A DNA stretch of 63,957 nt, filler included, from Folioceros fuciformis (Eukaryota): NCBI GenBank assembly GCA_049999805.1. It is 13 parts of 13 records of this genome, joined end to end, with 100 filler letters (N's around TTAATTAATTAA, not from the genome) between each part and the next. Parts side by side here need not be neighbours in the genome. Positions count along the whole stretch, not along the records: positions 11,493 to 33,295 come from JBNGIO010002336.1; positions 33,396 to 34,863 come from JBNGIO010002337.1; positions 34,964 to 41,146 come from JBNGIO010002338.1; 10 more parts are not named here. The stretch is one strand, 5' to 3'. Shown here piece by piece: positions 25,297 through 35,224 of this stretch; the stretch's first letter is position 1, and every line of letters begins with the position of its first letter. A model generated the notes under the pieces. The model was not told the DNA's origin. It did no database searches and was given only the letters and a program-made list of their open reading frames with translations. A program made the translations under genes and the position numbers.

Positions 25297-27489
25297 TTAC
25301 GTGGATGGCAATGCCGTGAGGGGCACCAGAAAACAACCTACTCCCGCCAGAAGGAGAAGGGAGGCAACAACCTTCGTGAACAAATTTGGCTCAGTGACCT
25401 CGTCGAGTTGATACCAGTCGTCTCCGGATATCTGTAACATGAAAAGTGACCACGTAGCTGCGGACGTGAAGGAATCCGACGCACCAATGGAGGCCGCCAC
25501 AGCCACATACACTAGGAATTTGAGAAAGCGCAATTCACGCCCCACGAGTGCAGTAAGAAGTCGGCCCCCGTCCAGAATCCCTATAGGCAGGAGAGTCATG
25601 GCAGTGATGTGAAGTCCCAGCACACCCGCAAGTACCCAGGGGCTCAACACATTAACCCCACCGGCATCTGTGGACGAGGTGGCAACGGCCAAATGATTCA
25701 ACAGCCATGTAAGAGGACCTGAATGCGCTACAACATCCGAGGGAACGGCTACAAACCCTGTCAAGTCTGCCACCGCCTTGGAAATGCCCTGCGCCTGCGG
25801 AGTAAGAGGGGACGTTGAACCGGCCACGATGAAGAGGCTAGACAGCGTGAGAGATGCCAAACTGCTGTATACCGAGAGATCCAATACACACTTCCGATTG
25901 GGGAGGCATCCCAAGTAGGAAGTAGAAGCGGCCAAAGCTCCAAGGTGAGAAGCCGGCAAGTATAAAGGCAGCATTACCTGGTGCGACACGCCGTGAGCAG
26001 AAGCAACAGCTTTTTTGACGATATGGCTCAAACTCATGACGGAGAGGAGGCCCAAAGGTACGATGCACTGCTCCCAAAATGACAAACCGTTTGGCGCAGG
26101 ATCTGCCGACATCACTTGGGCAGCACCAATTGCAACCCCGACGGAGAGCCCGAACAGGATGAGAGTCTGGTATTCTTCGGGAATCCGCAGAGACAGCAAA
26201 TTTTGGGGAGAGCATACTAGGCACTGAACTTCTTCCTCATCCCCGACTTCCCTAAGAAGGACGGGCACGAATTTGAAAAAATAATTCTTGTCCATGCGTT
26301 CCTGCAGTTCCTGCCTGGCTTGGGCCGCTGAAACCCCGGGAATGGTTCCGAAAAACAGCAATCCATGCTGACATTTGAGGCCTTCCCCTATCAAGTTGAA
26401 GGACGATCCTTCGAACACATTCTTCGCAAGCCAGTCTCTCTCGCCCCACGTTGAGACAAGACTGGGCCTCTTGCCCGGTGCGTTGTACATGTCCGCCAGG
26501 AAAAGCCACTCTTTGCCAGAATCACTTTCATCGTTGATCCCCTTGCCATCGGCCCCCACAAAGAGGGGGGAAACCATATCAGAGGGAGACTGTACCTGAC
26601 GGAAATTGATGTCCAGGACTTCCTTGGGATCATACTCGCCCCAAACAGCATTCATGAGAAAGGCCGCCTCCCTGTCCATGTTCTCCTCGTAGCTTTCATC
26701 ATCCACGTCTTTCATCCTGATGAGGGAAGCCCTGAAGGTGGTCCATAGCAGCACGGCCCTCGGATACCACCATTCCGAGGTGTCGATGTCCAGCTCCAGC
26801 TGATATTCAATCGCCGGCTGGTTCAGCAAGGCTGTGCCGTACCTTATGCGGTCATCTATCCTCTGCTCCTCTTCTTCCCCTCCCTTCCCCGCCTCATCTT
26901 GCCTCTGAACAACCCTGGGATCCGGAGGCGAAGCCGGCGGGGACGGGGAAGGCGCGAGCGAAGCGTTCTTGTCCACTCTCGGCCCCAACAACCTGTCTAG
27001 CGCAGAGAGATGCGAATCCAAGTTGCTACCCTGCGTGACAACATCACCAGCAGTGGCAGCGGTTGCTTCCTTCTCTACCTTCCGCTTCTTTTGATTCCGG
27101 TCAATGAGACTGGTGCTGAAGCTGGGTCCGTCCCCAGCGTCGCCACCGAATTGCTTCAACACCGAGGGAGCTATCTCGATGTGCACCCCGACCTCCCCCT
27201 CCGCCCCATCTCGCGCCGCACCTTCCCCACCATCCCCCGCGGCTGCCTGCATCCATCTCCGGGGCTTCCGGGAAGCCGCGTGTCGGGGCGAAGCATGGAC
27301 GTAGCAGAAATGTCGAGGCTTGGTGCAACAGGATTGGGCTGGTAGCTGCTGCTGCAATCCGCAAACCCTGCCTGGGCCAGCCCTGGACAAGGCGCAAGCC
27401 GCATAGCTCGCAACAGAGGACGAGGCCGACTGGCATGCAGCTATAGCTACGTGCTCGGCTCCGCCAACGCAGAGCAGCGGATGCGCCAT
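25297..27489 (-). CDS. Intronless EGY/S2P (peptidase M50)-like chloroplast membrane protein, 730 aa, lacking HExxH
   Basis: Single ORF with first ATG at 27489 (the track's upstream start is a TTG). Ala/Ser/Cys-rich transit-peptide-like N-terminus. EGY-like LFFGTI, LPLYLP..LGA...LPNRKCVLD, LSPWVLAGVLGLHITAMTLLPIGILDGGR and a terminal DEVTE. The HExxH position reads MSLSH. Confidence 0.85.
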   Translation of the reverse strand: MAHPLLCVGGAEHVAIAACQSASSSVASYAACALSRAGPGRVCGLQQQLPAQSCCTKPRHFCYVHASPRHAASRKPRRWMQAAAGDGGEGAARDGAEGEVGVHIEIAPSVLKQFGGDAGDGPSFSTSLIDRNQKKRKVEKEATAATAGDVVTQGSNLDSHLSALDRLLGPRVDKNASLAPSPSPPASPPDPRVVQRQDEAGKGGEEEEQRIDDRIRYGTALLNQPAIEYQLELDIDTSEWWYPRAVLLWTTFRASLIRMKDVDDESYEENMDREAAFLMNAVWGEYDPKEVLDINFRQVQSPSDMVSPLFVGADGKGINDESDSGKEWLFLADMYNAPGKRPSLVSTWGERDWLAKNVFEGSSFNLIGEGLKCQHGLLFFGTIPGVSAAQARQELQERMDKNYFFKFVPVLLREVGDEEEVQCLVCSPQNLLSLRIPEEYQTLILFGLSVGVAIGAAQVMSADPAPNGLSFWEQCIVPLGLLSVMSLSHIVKKAVASAHGVSHQVMLPLYLPASHLGALAASTSYLGCLPNRKCVLDLSVYSSLASLTLSSLFIVAGSTSPLTPQAQGISKAVADLTGFVAVPSDVVAHSGPLTWLLNHLAVATSSTDAGGVNVLSPWVLAGVLGLHITAMTLLPIGILDGGRLLTALVGRELRFLKFLVYVAVAASIGASDSFTSAATWSLFMLQISGDDWYQLDEVTEPNLFTKVVASLLLLAGVGCFLVPLTALPST

Positions 27490-27749
27490 CACATCACATC
27501 CGCTACTTCCAGCCTGAGCTGACCGCCCGTGTGCGCTGGAACCCAACTCCACTGTGGTGGAAAAACGCGAAGACCTGTTTCTTTCCAAATTAGTTACATG
27601 CGTGTGTACATCGGATCTTCCACGAATGACAACACTCTTATCCCCTTCACCCCGCTGTACAGTGATTTTTGTTTTGGCGTGGATTGGCGTGCCAAGGGAC
27701 TAAGGTAGGGAGTTGGCTCGCTCGATTTCCGAGCGACGCCAAATCCAGT

Positions 27750-27771
27750 CCCAGGCCCAGGCCCAGGCCCG
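27750..27771. promoter_or_regulatory. Site II (GGCCCA/TGGGCC) motif cluster in a probable bidirectional promoter
   Basis: GGCCCA-GGCCCA-GGCCCG between the divergent starts at 27489(-) and 28278(+). Confidence 0.5.
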
Positions 27772-28277
27772 TGACCACGCCCACAACTGATTCCGATTCC
27801 TGTGCGCTCCGGGGAGTTTTCTGAGCCGCAGCTAGCTGGTGGTATAATTACATATTATTGTTGGATCGGGATTTGACGTGTGGAGAAGACGTAGGCGTGG
27901 AAGCAGTTCCTAGAGTGGTTGTGCCACAGTCCAGCTTCAGAGTCGGGCATCATCGTCCTCTTACCAGGTGGAGAGCCGGGAGCTGGAGCAGTACGTAGGG
28001 CGGGCGTTGGATTCCCGTTCTTATTCGACCAAGGGATCTGCTTTCGCCACCCGGTAACTGGTGTGTTCAGGCTGCGGCTTGCTTGTTAGGCCGATATGGG
28101 GTGTCTTGCTCGTTGAAACTAGTCGGCGGTGCTATCTGGCTCAGAAGCAGCAGGTGATCCGTCTACGAGGTCGAATTCATTGCCACTTCAAGTTGCCTGC
28201 GGCAGGACGGTGCTGAGGTACTGAATGGTGTCTTGAGCTTGGTCTGGGAACTGAGACGCTGCTTACGTTTTCATGGT

Positions 28278-29954
28278 ATGCCAAACATGGGGTGGCGGGC
28301 TTGGATCCTCAGCTTTATTACTGCCTTGTTACTTCTTGCGCCTTCTGTGCTGTGCGCTGATGGCCCAACGCATTGGCTCGATAAGCAGCCGTACATAGAT
28401 GGACGGTATAGTCAGGCACCTAGGCAAGAGGAATTAGCGGTCATCTCTGATGTCCCTGGCCGTTGGGAACGTATGCAGCGTAGGAAGGTTGATTTTGCTG
28501 GCTCTGTCTTGGAGATGGAAGGTCATTGGATGGCTCCTCGTTCGTCGAAATCAGGCTCGGGTGATACGGCAGGGGTGATGGTCACACTCTCGGAGGAAGG
28601 ACTGTTGTATGTGAAGGATGTTTTGGTGCAGCAGGTACTGCAGGAGATAACCCCCTTGACTTTGCCTAACATAGCTACTAAAGTGGAGATCCCTATTGGG
28701 ACCGTTGATTTCAAACTTGAGCAAGTATTCCTTTCAGCTGCAAGTGTGACATATTCCGACATTGATCTCATGGGTGAGAAGGGGATTACCATCTTTGCTG
28801 GTGGATTGGAAGCAAGTTTGTCGTTGCGTTGGTCATATAAGTATACAGCAGCATATATCCCGTGGCCAATCAGTGACAGTGGCACTGCTGACATCCATGT
28901 TAGTGGAATGCAAGCTGCAGCGACCTTCGCTTTGCATGAGAATAACGGGACGCTCAGGCTGGCAGTCATGGAGTGTGGCATATACATTGAAAATCTGGAC
29001 ATCAGTTTGCATGGTGGCGCCTCGTGGTTATACCAGTGGTTTGTGTACCTGTTTGACTATCAAATACGCTCTTCTATACAGATTTCGTTAACCGAAAAAA
29101 TCATCCAGGCAGCAGACGAGCTTGACAACTTGCTCCTCAACCTTCCGCGCATTGCTCCCATAGATGAAGATGTTGGAATTGATCTCACCATTGTGCAGGA
29201 TCCTCTCCTCAGTCCAACTTATCTGAGTGTTGGAGCGAGAGGTGAATTTGTGAGTCTGCAAGGCCAGCCGAGCGGAGGAGCTAACCTGCCCAAGACGCAG
29301 CTTCCTACTGGTGTGTTTTGCACTGATGACAAGTTGAAAATGATTTCTATTGCACTGAGCGACTCTGAGCTCAACTCAGCATCAAAGGTGTTCTATGAAT
29401 CCGGGGCGTTGCGTTGGATTGTAGATGACATAGCTGGGCAAGCCATCCTGAACACTGCTAGCTGGAAGTATATAGCTCCACAGCTATATAAGAAGTACCC
29501 TAACCAGGATATGCAATTAGATTTTGTGGTATCCGCTCCTCCCCAGATTGGCCTCTCTCCAGCAGGAGTGAGTGTGGCTGCCGCCACAGACATGCTCATC
29601 GAGGTCCTAGGCCCTGATGAGGTGGTTGCGGTAGCATCTGTGAGCCTAGAGGTCTCTATGGATGCAGTGGTCAGCATTGTGGACAACAACATCACTGCTC
29701 AAGCAGCACTAGGTGACTTCACTATGGCACTGGATTGGAGTGACGTGGGTACATTCCCGGTTAAGCTAGTGGAGGTCGCTGTGCAAACTGTTCTCAACAA
29801 AGTGATCCTACCCTTGATAAACGTGGCTCTGAAAAAGGGATTTCCGTTGCCTGTTGTGCCAGCTGTGGAGATTAAGAATGCAGATTTGAAGTACGAAACT
29901 GGTTACATTCTTGTTTGTGCTGATGTCGAATATCAAGAGGGCTATTTGACATAA
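28278..29954 (+). CDS. BPI/LBP (TULIP) family lipid/LPS-binding protein, secreted, intronless CDS (558 aa from first ATG)
   Basis: Signal peptide (WILSFITALLLLAPSVLCA). BPI N-domain segments LSEEGLLYVKDVL..LTLP, ISDSGTA and LHGGASWLYQWFV. C-domain segments LNTASWKYIAPQLYKKYPN and LKKGFPLP. Confidence 0.92.
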   Translation: MPNMGWRAWILSFITALLLLAPSVLCADGPTHWLDKQPYIDGRYSQAPRQEELAVISDVPGRWERMQRRKVDFAGSVLEMEGHWMAPRSSKSGSGDTAGVMVTLSEEGLLYVKDVLVQQVLQEITPLTLPNIATKVEIPIGTVDFKLEQVFLSAASVTYSDIDLMGEKGITIFAGGLEASLSLRWSYKYTAAYIPWPISDSGTADIHVSGMQAAATFALHENNGTLRLAVMECGIYIENLDISLHGGASWLYQWFVYLFDYQIRSSIQISLTEKIIQAADELDNLLLNLPRIAPIDEDVGIDLTIVQDPLLSPTYLSVGARGEFVSLQGQPSGGANLPKTQLPTGVFCTDDKLKMISIALSDSELNSASKVFYESGALRWIVDDIAGQAILNTASWKYIAPQLYKKYPNQDMQLDFVVSAPPQIGLSPAGVSVAAATDMLIEVLGPDEVVAVASVSLEVSMDAVVSIVDNNITAQAALGDFTMALDWSDVGTFPVKLVEVAVQTVLNKVILPLINVALKKGFPLPVVPAVEIKNADLKYETGYILVCADVEYQEGYLT

Positions 29955-30284
29955 CTGCTGCTTTAGGGGGATAAGGACAGCCACCACCGTGGGCAATGCT
30001 GTCCTTGTCATACAACAGCTTCTGGATGGTAAGCTAGCACAGGCTGAGTGTTGGGGGAGAGGATCCTGTTGTGCCAGCTGTGGAGATCAAGAATGCTGCA
30101 GATTTGAAGTACGAAACTGGTTACATTCTTGTTTGTGCTGATGTCGAATATCAAGAGGGCTATTTGACATAACTGCTGCTTTAGGGGGATAAGGACAGCC
30201 ACCACCGTGGGCAATGCTGTACTTGTCATACAACAGCTTCTGGATGGTAAGCTAGCGCAGGCTGAGTGTTGGGGGAGAGGATCC
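29850..30284 (+). repeat. Tandem duplication (~215 bp) of the BPI/LBP stop-codon region and proximal 3' UTR
   Basis: CCTGTTGTGCCAGCTG starts at 29850 and 30065, and both copies end GGGGGAGAGGATCC. They differ by 3 substitutions and a 3-nt insertion. Confidence 0.95.
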
Positions 30285-30754
30285 AAATTGGACCAGGTTT
30301 GCATCATCTGTGAAGACTCGTGAGTGTCGTCGATTACGCACATCACATGTTATGTGATACTGCATTTCAAAATTCGGATGGAATGTCTATAACGCCTCTG
30401 GTCCTGATGTGAGGCAAGAGGAGAAGTTTGTGTCACCAAAGGCTAGGACCCTTGTGAGTGTGCGCAGGTGTAACAAGTCAAGCCATGCGTAGTTAAAAGG
30501 TCATTTTTTGACATTTCACCCTCCCTATTCATGCGAACTTTCCTATGGTAGTTGATTGAGAGTAAACTACAGATTGTACAGAACATGTATGTGCTGTATG
30601 TTGAGGACTGGCACAACAGAATTTGTTCGCGTTATGGCACATAACCGGTTTGCTATTCCCATTACAGGATGAAGTGGATGAAATAACATGTTCTCACATG
30701 CATACCTTCCACTGAAAACGCATAGACACCCACTCGTTTTACATAGGCATTTCG

Positions 30755-31720
30755 TTATGCATGGTAGTTGGACAAATACCACTTGTACGTTTCTGCCAAG
30801 CCCTCCTTGAGAGGAATTTTGGCGTGCCAGCCCAGACTGGCCAGCTTGGAGCTGTCCATCAATTTGCGGGGTGTCCCGTCGGGCTTGGTGGAATCCCACA
30901 CGAGCCGCCCCGGGAAACCTACAACTTCTTTGACCAGCTCCGCAAGCTCCTTAATGGTGACTTCCTTTCCACTTCCTATGTTGATGTGCTGAAGGTCGCT
31001 ATAACTGTTGAGCAGGAAGAAGACAGCATCCGCCAGGTCATCCACATGCAGAAACTCCCGCAACGGAGACCCTGTTCCCCACACTGTCACCTGCTTGGCC
31101 CCCGTCACTTTAGCCTCATGGAACCTCCGGATCAAGCCAGGCAGAACATGGGAGTTGTCGGGATGGAAGTTGTCATGCGGCCCATACAAATTGGTTGGCA
31201 TCCCGGAAATGGCGTCGAACTTATACTGGATGCGGTACGCCTCGCACATCTTGATGCCCGCGATTTTGGCCACTGCATACCACTCGTTAGTAGGTTCTAG
31301 CGGGCTTGTGAGCAGAGAGTCTTCAGTGATAGGCTGGGGCGCCAGTTTAGGGTAGATGCACGACGATCCTAGGAACAGCAGCTTCTTGACTCCAAAACGG
31401 TAGGCGGAATGGATGACATTGGTCTGAATCTGGAGGTTGTCCGCAATGAATTCGGCAGGATATGTGCTGTTCGCATGGATCCCGCCGACCTTGGCAGCGG
31501 CCAGTATGACATACGCGGGCCTGTCTTCCTCAAAGAATTTCTCGACATCTGCTTGGCGAGTGAGGTCCAGCTGCTTGTGTGTGCGGACAACCAGGTTGGT
31601 GAAGCCTTCCTTCTCCAACTTGCGGACCAACGCCGAGCCTACCAACCCTCTGTGGCCAGCTACATACACCTTTGCACTCCTGTCTACCACATGTGCCTGG
31701 CCCTGGCCCTGGCCCGGCAT
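30755..31720 (-). CDS. GER1: GDP-L-fucose synthase (GDP-4-keto-6-deoxymannose epimerase/reductase), 321 aa
   Basis: [11 protein letters not shown]ossmann motif, [32 protein letters not shown] (YxxxK), [25 protein letters not shown] and [11 protein letters not shown]. First ATG at 31720. Confidence 0.97.
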   Translation of the reverse strand: MPGQGQGQAHVVDRSAKVYVAGHRGLVGSALVRKLEKEGFTNLVVRTHKQLDLTRQADVEKFFEEDRPAYVILAAAKVGGIHANSTYPAEFIADNLQIQTNVIHSAYRFGVKKLLFLGSSCIYPKLAPQPITEDSLLTSPLEPTNEWYAVAKIAGIKMCEAYRIQYKFDAISGMPTNLYGPHDNFHPDNSHVLPGLIRRFHEAKVTGAKQVTVWGTGSPLREFLHVDDLADAVFFLLNSYSDLQHINIGSGKEVTIKELAELVKEVVGFPGRLVWDSTKPDGTPRKLMDSSKLASLGWHAKIPLKEGLAETYKWYLSNYHA

Positions 31721-32661
31721 GGCTCCCTCTGATGTTCTGAAATCAAACGCAGACGCTGGGTAAGCAATGCTGATACAGAAAAGCCACACGAGTAAACAAC
31801 ATGTATCCTAACCCTATGCAAGGCAGAGAGCACACCCTGCCAGGTACAGAGAAGCGCACTCGGCCGACTTGATCCCACCAGATCGGCAAGATCCAAGCTA
31901 TACAAGGGGAGACGAGTCTCAGTTGAGATCAAGAACTGCAGCACGAGGCGACCATACTTAGTCTGCAGGTCATAGGACTTCTTTCTCGGGCACAAGCAAC
32001 CTGCCCAGTTTCACCATTATGCGCTACGTTTTACCGCATATATACTTGGCTGGGTAACCACGGGCAGCTCGTGGGTGCCACAGCCCACGTGCTCTGCATT
32101 TCACGCTCCTCGTTCTCTGAATCGATTTCTAAGGGTAGTTTCTCTAGCTACATATAGACCTACATGCATTCATATGCACACACATCCATACACATGGTAC
32201 TTATAAGACACGTGACGACGGGGCATATTGGATATGTTTACTAAAGTCCTACCCGCAATGTGAAATGCGTGAAGAGAAATCATACCGTGCTGAAGGCATC
32301 AGCCGACATTTACACGACAAGAGCCAGTGTCAGTTAAGCTGCATCATTGATGTCATTGATGATTTCCTAGTTACAGGTCAGTTCAACATTCAAGGCCAGC
32401 CGTGCCAGAAGATACTTTGAAAAAGAAGGACCGAGAAAATGAAACAACTGGGACAATTCGTCCCATCGTCCGTCCGAATACCGGAGTCACCTACATGTAT
32501 TACTCCTTTAAATTGGTCTCTTACCCGGCGCTAGGCATCTGTACAAGGATATACATCTACACACTGACAGATTCGCATCTTCTGAAACCACTTAAGAGTT
32601 ACCAGGCTCACGAAAGCAAGAAAAACTGACAGTGCGAAGCTAGAGCAGCCAACGTTGGACG

Positions 32662-33295
32662 TTATACTCCTCCGTCAAACGCTCCCAGTGCTTTCATGTC
32701 CTCCAAAAATGCTGAATACGAATCATCAATTGCGTTCCCCTTCGCGGCTGCCGGCACTGCAGGCGGTCTCCTAACATTCGGCATCAGTGCAGGTATTACT
32801 GCCGACTTCGGTTTCGCCTTAATTGTGTTCTCCCTCCGCACCCGGACTGAAGCAGGTACCTACACCAAATTGCAATTTCAACAGAATCAAATTTCAACCT
32901 ACTTCCGTTCTACATCAAGGGCGTCATCAGCGTTGGCATTTGTCGAAAGAACACCTACCATAGACGTGAGCTCAGGAGTGTGCTGAGCAAGAGGCCTTTT
33001 CACAACTGTGGCTGCAGCTGACTTAATATACGACGGTTTAGCAGGAACCATCACCAGTCTCTCTTGCTCCTCACTTGCACCTGTGACATCCATCATCCTG
33101 GGAGGGGGAGGTGGTGGAAGGCCAACCAGTTGTCCCTGAGCTGATGGCAGAACCAAAGAGGGCCTTGGAGCAGGAGGTGGTCCAGGTGGAGGGGGACCAA
33201 GATGAGATCTTGTGGGTGTGGGGGGCACAGGAAGTGGAACTGGAGCAGGGGCCAACCCAGAAGATAGAATTCTCGGAGCTTGACCTAAATGGGGT
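32662..33295 (-). CDS. ELF5: 3' part of WW-domain-binding protein 11 / EARLY FLOWERING 5 (5' end beyond the contig)
   Basis: Pro-rich region, then [25 protein letters not shown] | intron 32958-32860 | [10 protein letters not shown]...[17 protein letters not shown]. Stop at 32662-32664. Confidence 0.88.
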
Positions 33296-33395
33296 NNNNN
33301 NNNNNNNNNNNNNNNNNNNNNNNNNNNNNNNNNNNNNNNTTAATTAATTAANNNNNNNNNNNNNNNNNNNNNNNNNNNNNNNNNNNNNNNNNNNN

Positions 33396-33900
33396 GGTTC
33401 ACATAATGTCTCAGGGTCCACCTTAATGTGATCCTCTAAAACAACCACCCCGTCCCGGCATCTTTCATAGGTTCATCGGTTTGGACTTCACATGCCTTTG
33501 TACAAGCTTGGCATTAACAATTTCACATAGTGAAGGTAATAGGCTGAGGTATATGAGAAGGAGGTTTGGTACCAAGCCTCCAAAGGTGTTACAAGAAGCG
33601 CTTTGTAATGCTAAAGTTATTGCAATCTTGTTGCCATTTGGAGAGACGGGAAGAGAATCTCTCGCATCTTAACATAATTGCAAGATCATTGGAGCATGAT
33701 TGTAGCGAGGGTGCAAGGGTGGCATTTAGAGCAAAGTGTTTAAGAGGCTAAAAAATGTTCCTTGACCACAAAAGTGTTACATCAAGGGGTTCCGATCTTA
33801 AGAGCAAACTAATGAAACTTGCAATGAAAGAGGGACTAAGAAAAGGGCCCTCAGGGCATGGGCTATGCCATGCACATGTTTGATGTGAGGTGAGCTACTA
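33396..33900 (-). mobile_element. Very decayed retrotransposon integrase-like relic
   Basis: Faint LGTK...HIPQ...N.KL segment resembling the Gypsy integrase core. Heavily interrupted. Confidence 0.3.
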
Positions 33901-33984
33901 CAAGCTACCCACCCAATTCTCAACCAAAACGTGAAGAATATTGTACAAAAAGTGATAATTCCTTTATTAAAAAAATTGAATCTA

Positions 33985-34863
33985 TCATCTATATTGATTA
34001 TGTATTGGCTCATCTTCATCACAATTAGGGTTGATCTCAAGTGGGTCGACTTCAGAAGCAAAAGCTATGTAGTTTACCATGCCTTCATGATTATCGTCAA
34101 ACTTATCCACGAGAAGGCTCATATCATCTTCATTGATTCTTAACCCTGCCTTACTATTTAAAGCTTGACTAAATTGAAAAATTGTGACATGCCCAATAGA
34201 TTTTGCACTATTTGTGCTTTTCACAGCATCTTCAAAAAATGAACGAACTGATATTCTCCTATTCTCACATGTCTTACGAATTTCTTGTAAAATTTTCTGA
34301 ACTTGTGCTTCCTTTTCCGGAGGTAAGAAGCTACTACCTACTGAAAAACGTTCTGGTAAAAGACCAGGTAATGCTGGAACCAAAGTAACCTACACAGCAC
34401 CACAAAAATAAGTATTTGCGTTCTCATGATTAAACTTTGTGTATGTGATATAAAAAATTGAAACAACATACGTTTAAATTCATTAGCATATAACGCATTT
34501 TGCGTCAAGATTACATAAAGATTCCTTTCTTTTTGAGAATGCATTCTACTTAAGGAGGACTTAACCTTTTTCCAAGGCTTTTTCTCAAGTCTTCTTAGAG
34601 TGAATACTGTATCTAATTCATCACAAAAAGCTCCATAGCAAACTCTGCCTGATGCATCTTCCGGCACCCGATAATTATCCACTATTGCTTTAACCTCTTG
34701 AGGTTTTAGATAAATTTTTGCATTGTCAAGTCCGGAAGCAAGTTGTGTTGGAGTAATCATGCGGCATCTTAGTTTGTCAAAATCTTTAAAAAACTCTTTC
34801 ACACGAATTCTATGTTTATAAACAATAAGTTTTACTTTGTTCTCAACATCATCTATATGCAAT
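33985..34863 (-). CDS. EF-hand repeat protein of cilia/flagellar type (FAP115/EFCAB6-like), 3' part, 5'-truncated by the contig end
   Basis: Two homologous units: RIRVKEFFKDFDKLRCRMITPTQL...VCYGAFCDELD and RRISVRSFFED...HVTIFQF...VNYIAFASEVD. In-phase intron 34565-34390. The exact ortholog assignment is from memory and uncertain. Confidence 0.75.
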
Positions 34864-34963
34864 NNNNNNNNNNNNNNNNNNNNNNNNNNNNNNNNNNNNN
34901 NNNNNNNTTAATTAATTAANNNNNNNNNNNNNNNNNNNNNNNNNNNNNNNNNNNNNNNNNNNN

Positions 34964-35201
34964 AGTTTAAGAGCCTTGTTATAGTGCTCTTAGTTTTGGG
35001 ATTCTGCATCTTGCTTCAACTAACTTGTTTTAACCTCCTTTGAGCATGGCGGGGGTGACATCTCAACAAGGGTGGCACTCTTATTTCATGCCCAATATGG
35101 GATAAATCCTCCCAACCCTAAAACACCCTAAATGCTAATCACTCTTAGCACACTAACTAAGCAAACTCAATAAGCTGGATTATCACTAATTACTCTCAGC
35201 A
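34964..35201. repeat. Fragments of the 380-bp LTR family: a 3' end (34964-35068, +) abutting an inverted 5' part (35070-35201, -)
   Basis: 34964-35068 matches 43179-43283 and ends CTCAACA. 35070-35201 is the reverse complement of ~42904-43078. Confidence 0.85.
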
Positions 35202-35224
35202 CTAATCACTCTTAACACAGATAT

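Noticed and set aside
30755..31720. GDP-fucose synthase as bacterial fcl (HGT or contaminant)
   Set aside because: Intron-poor CDS is normal for plant GER genes. It has plant-type motifs, no gmd operon, and a likely 5'-UTR intron.
30761..31763. Long antisense ORFs over GER1 (similarly over EGY3, the EGY-like gene and BPI)
   Set aside because: Shadow ORFs expected from GC-rich codon usage, with no recognisable domains.
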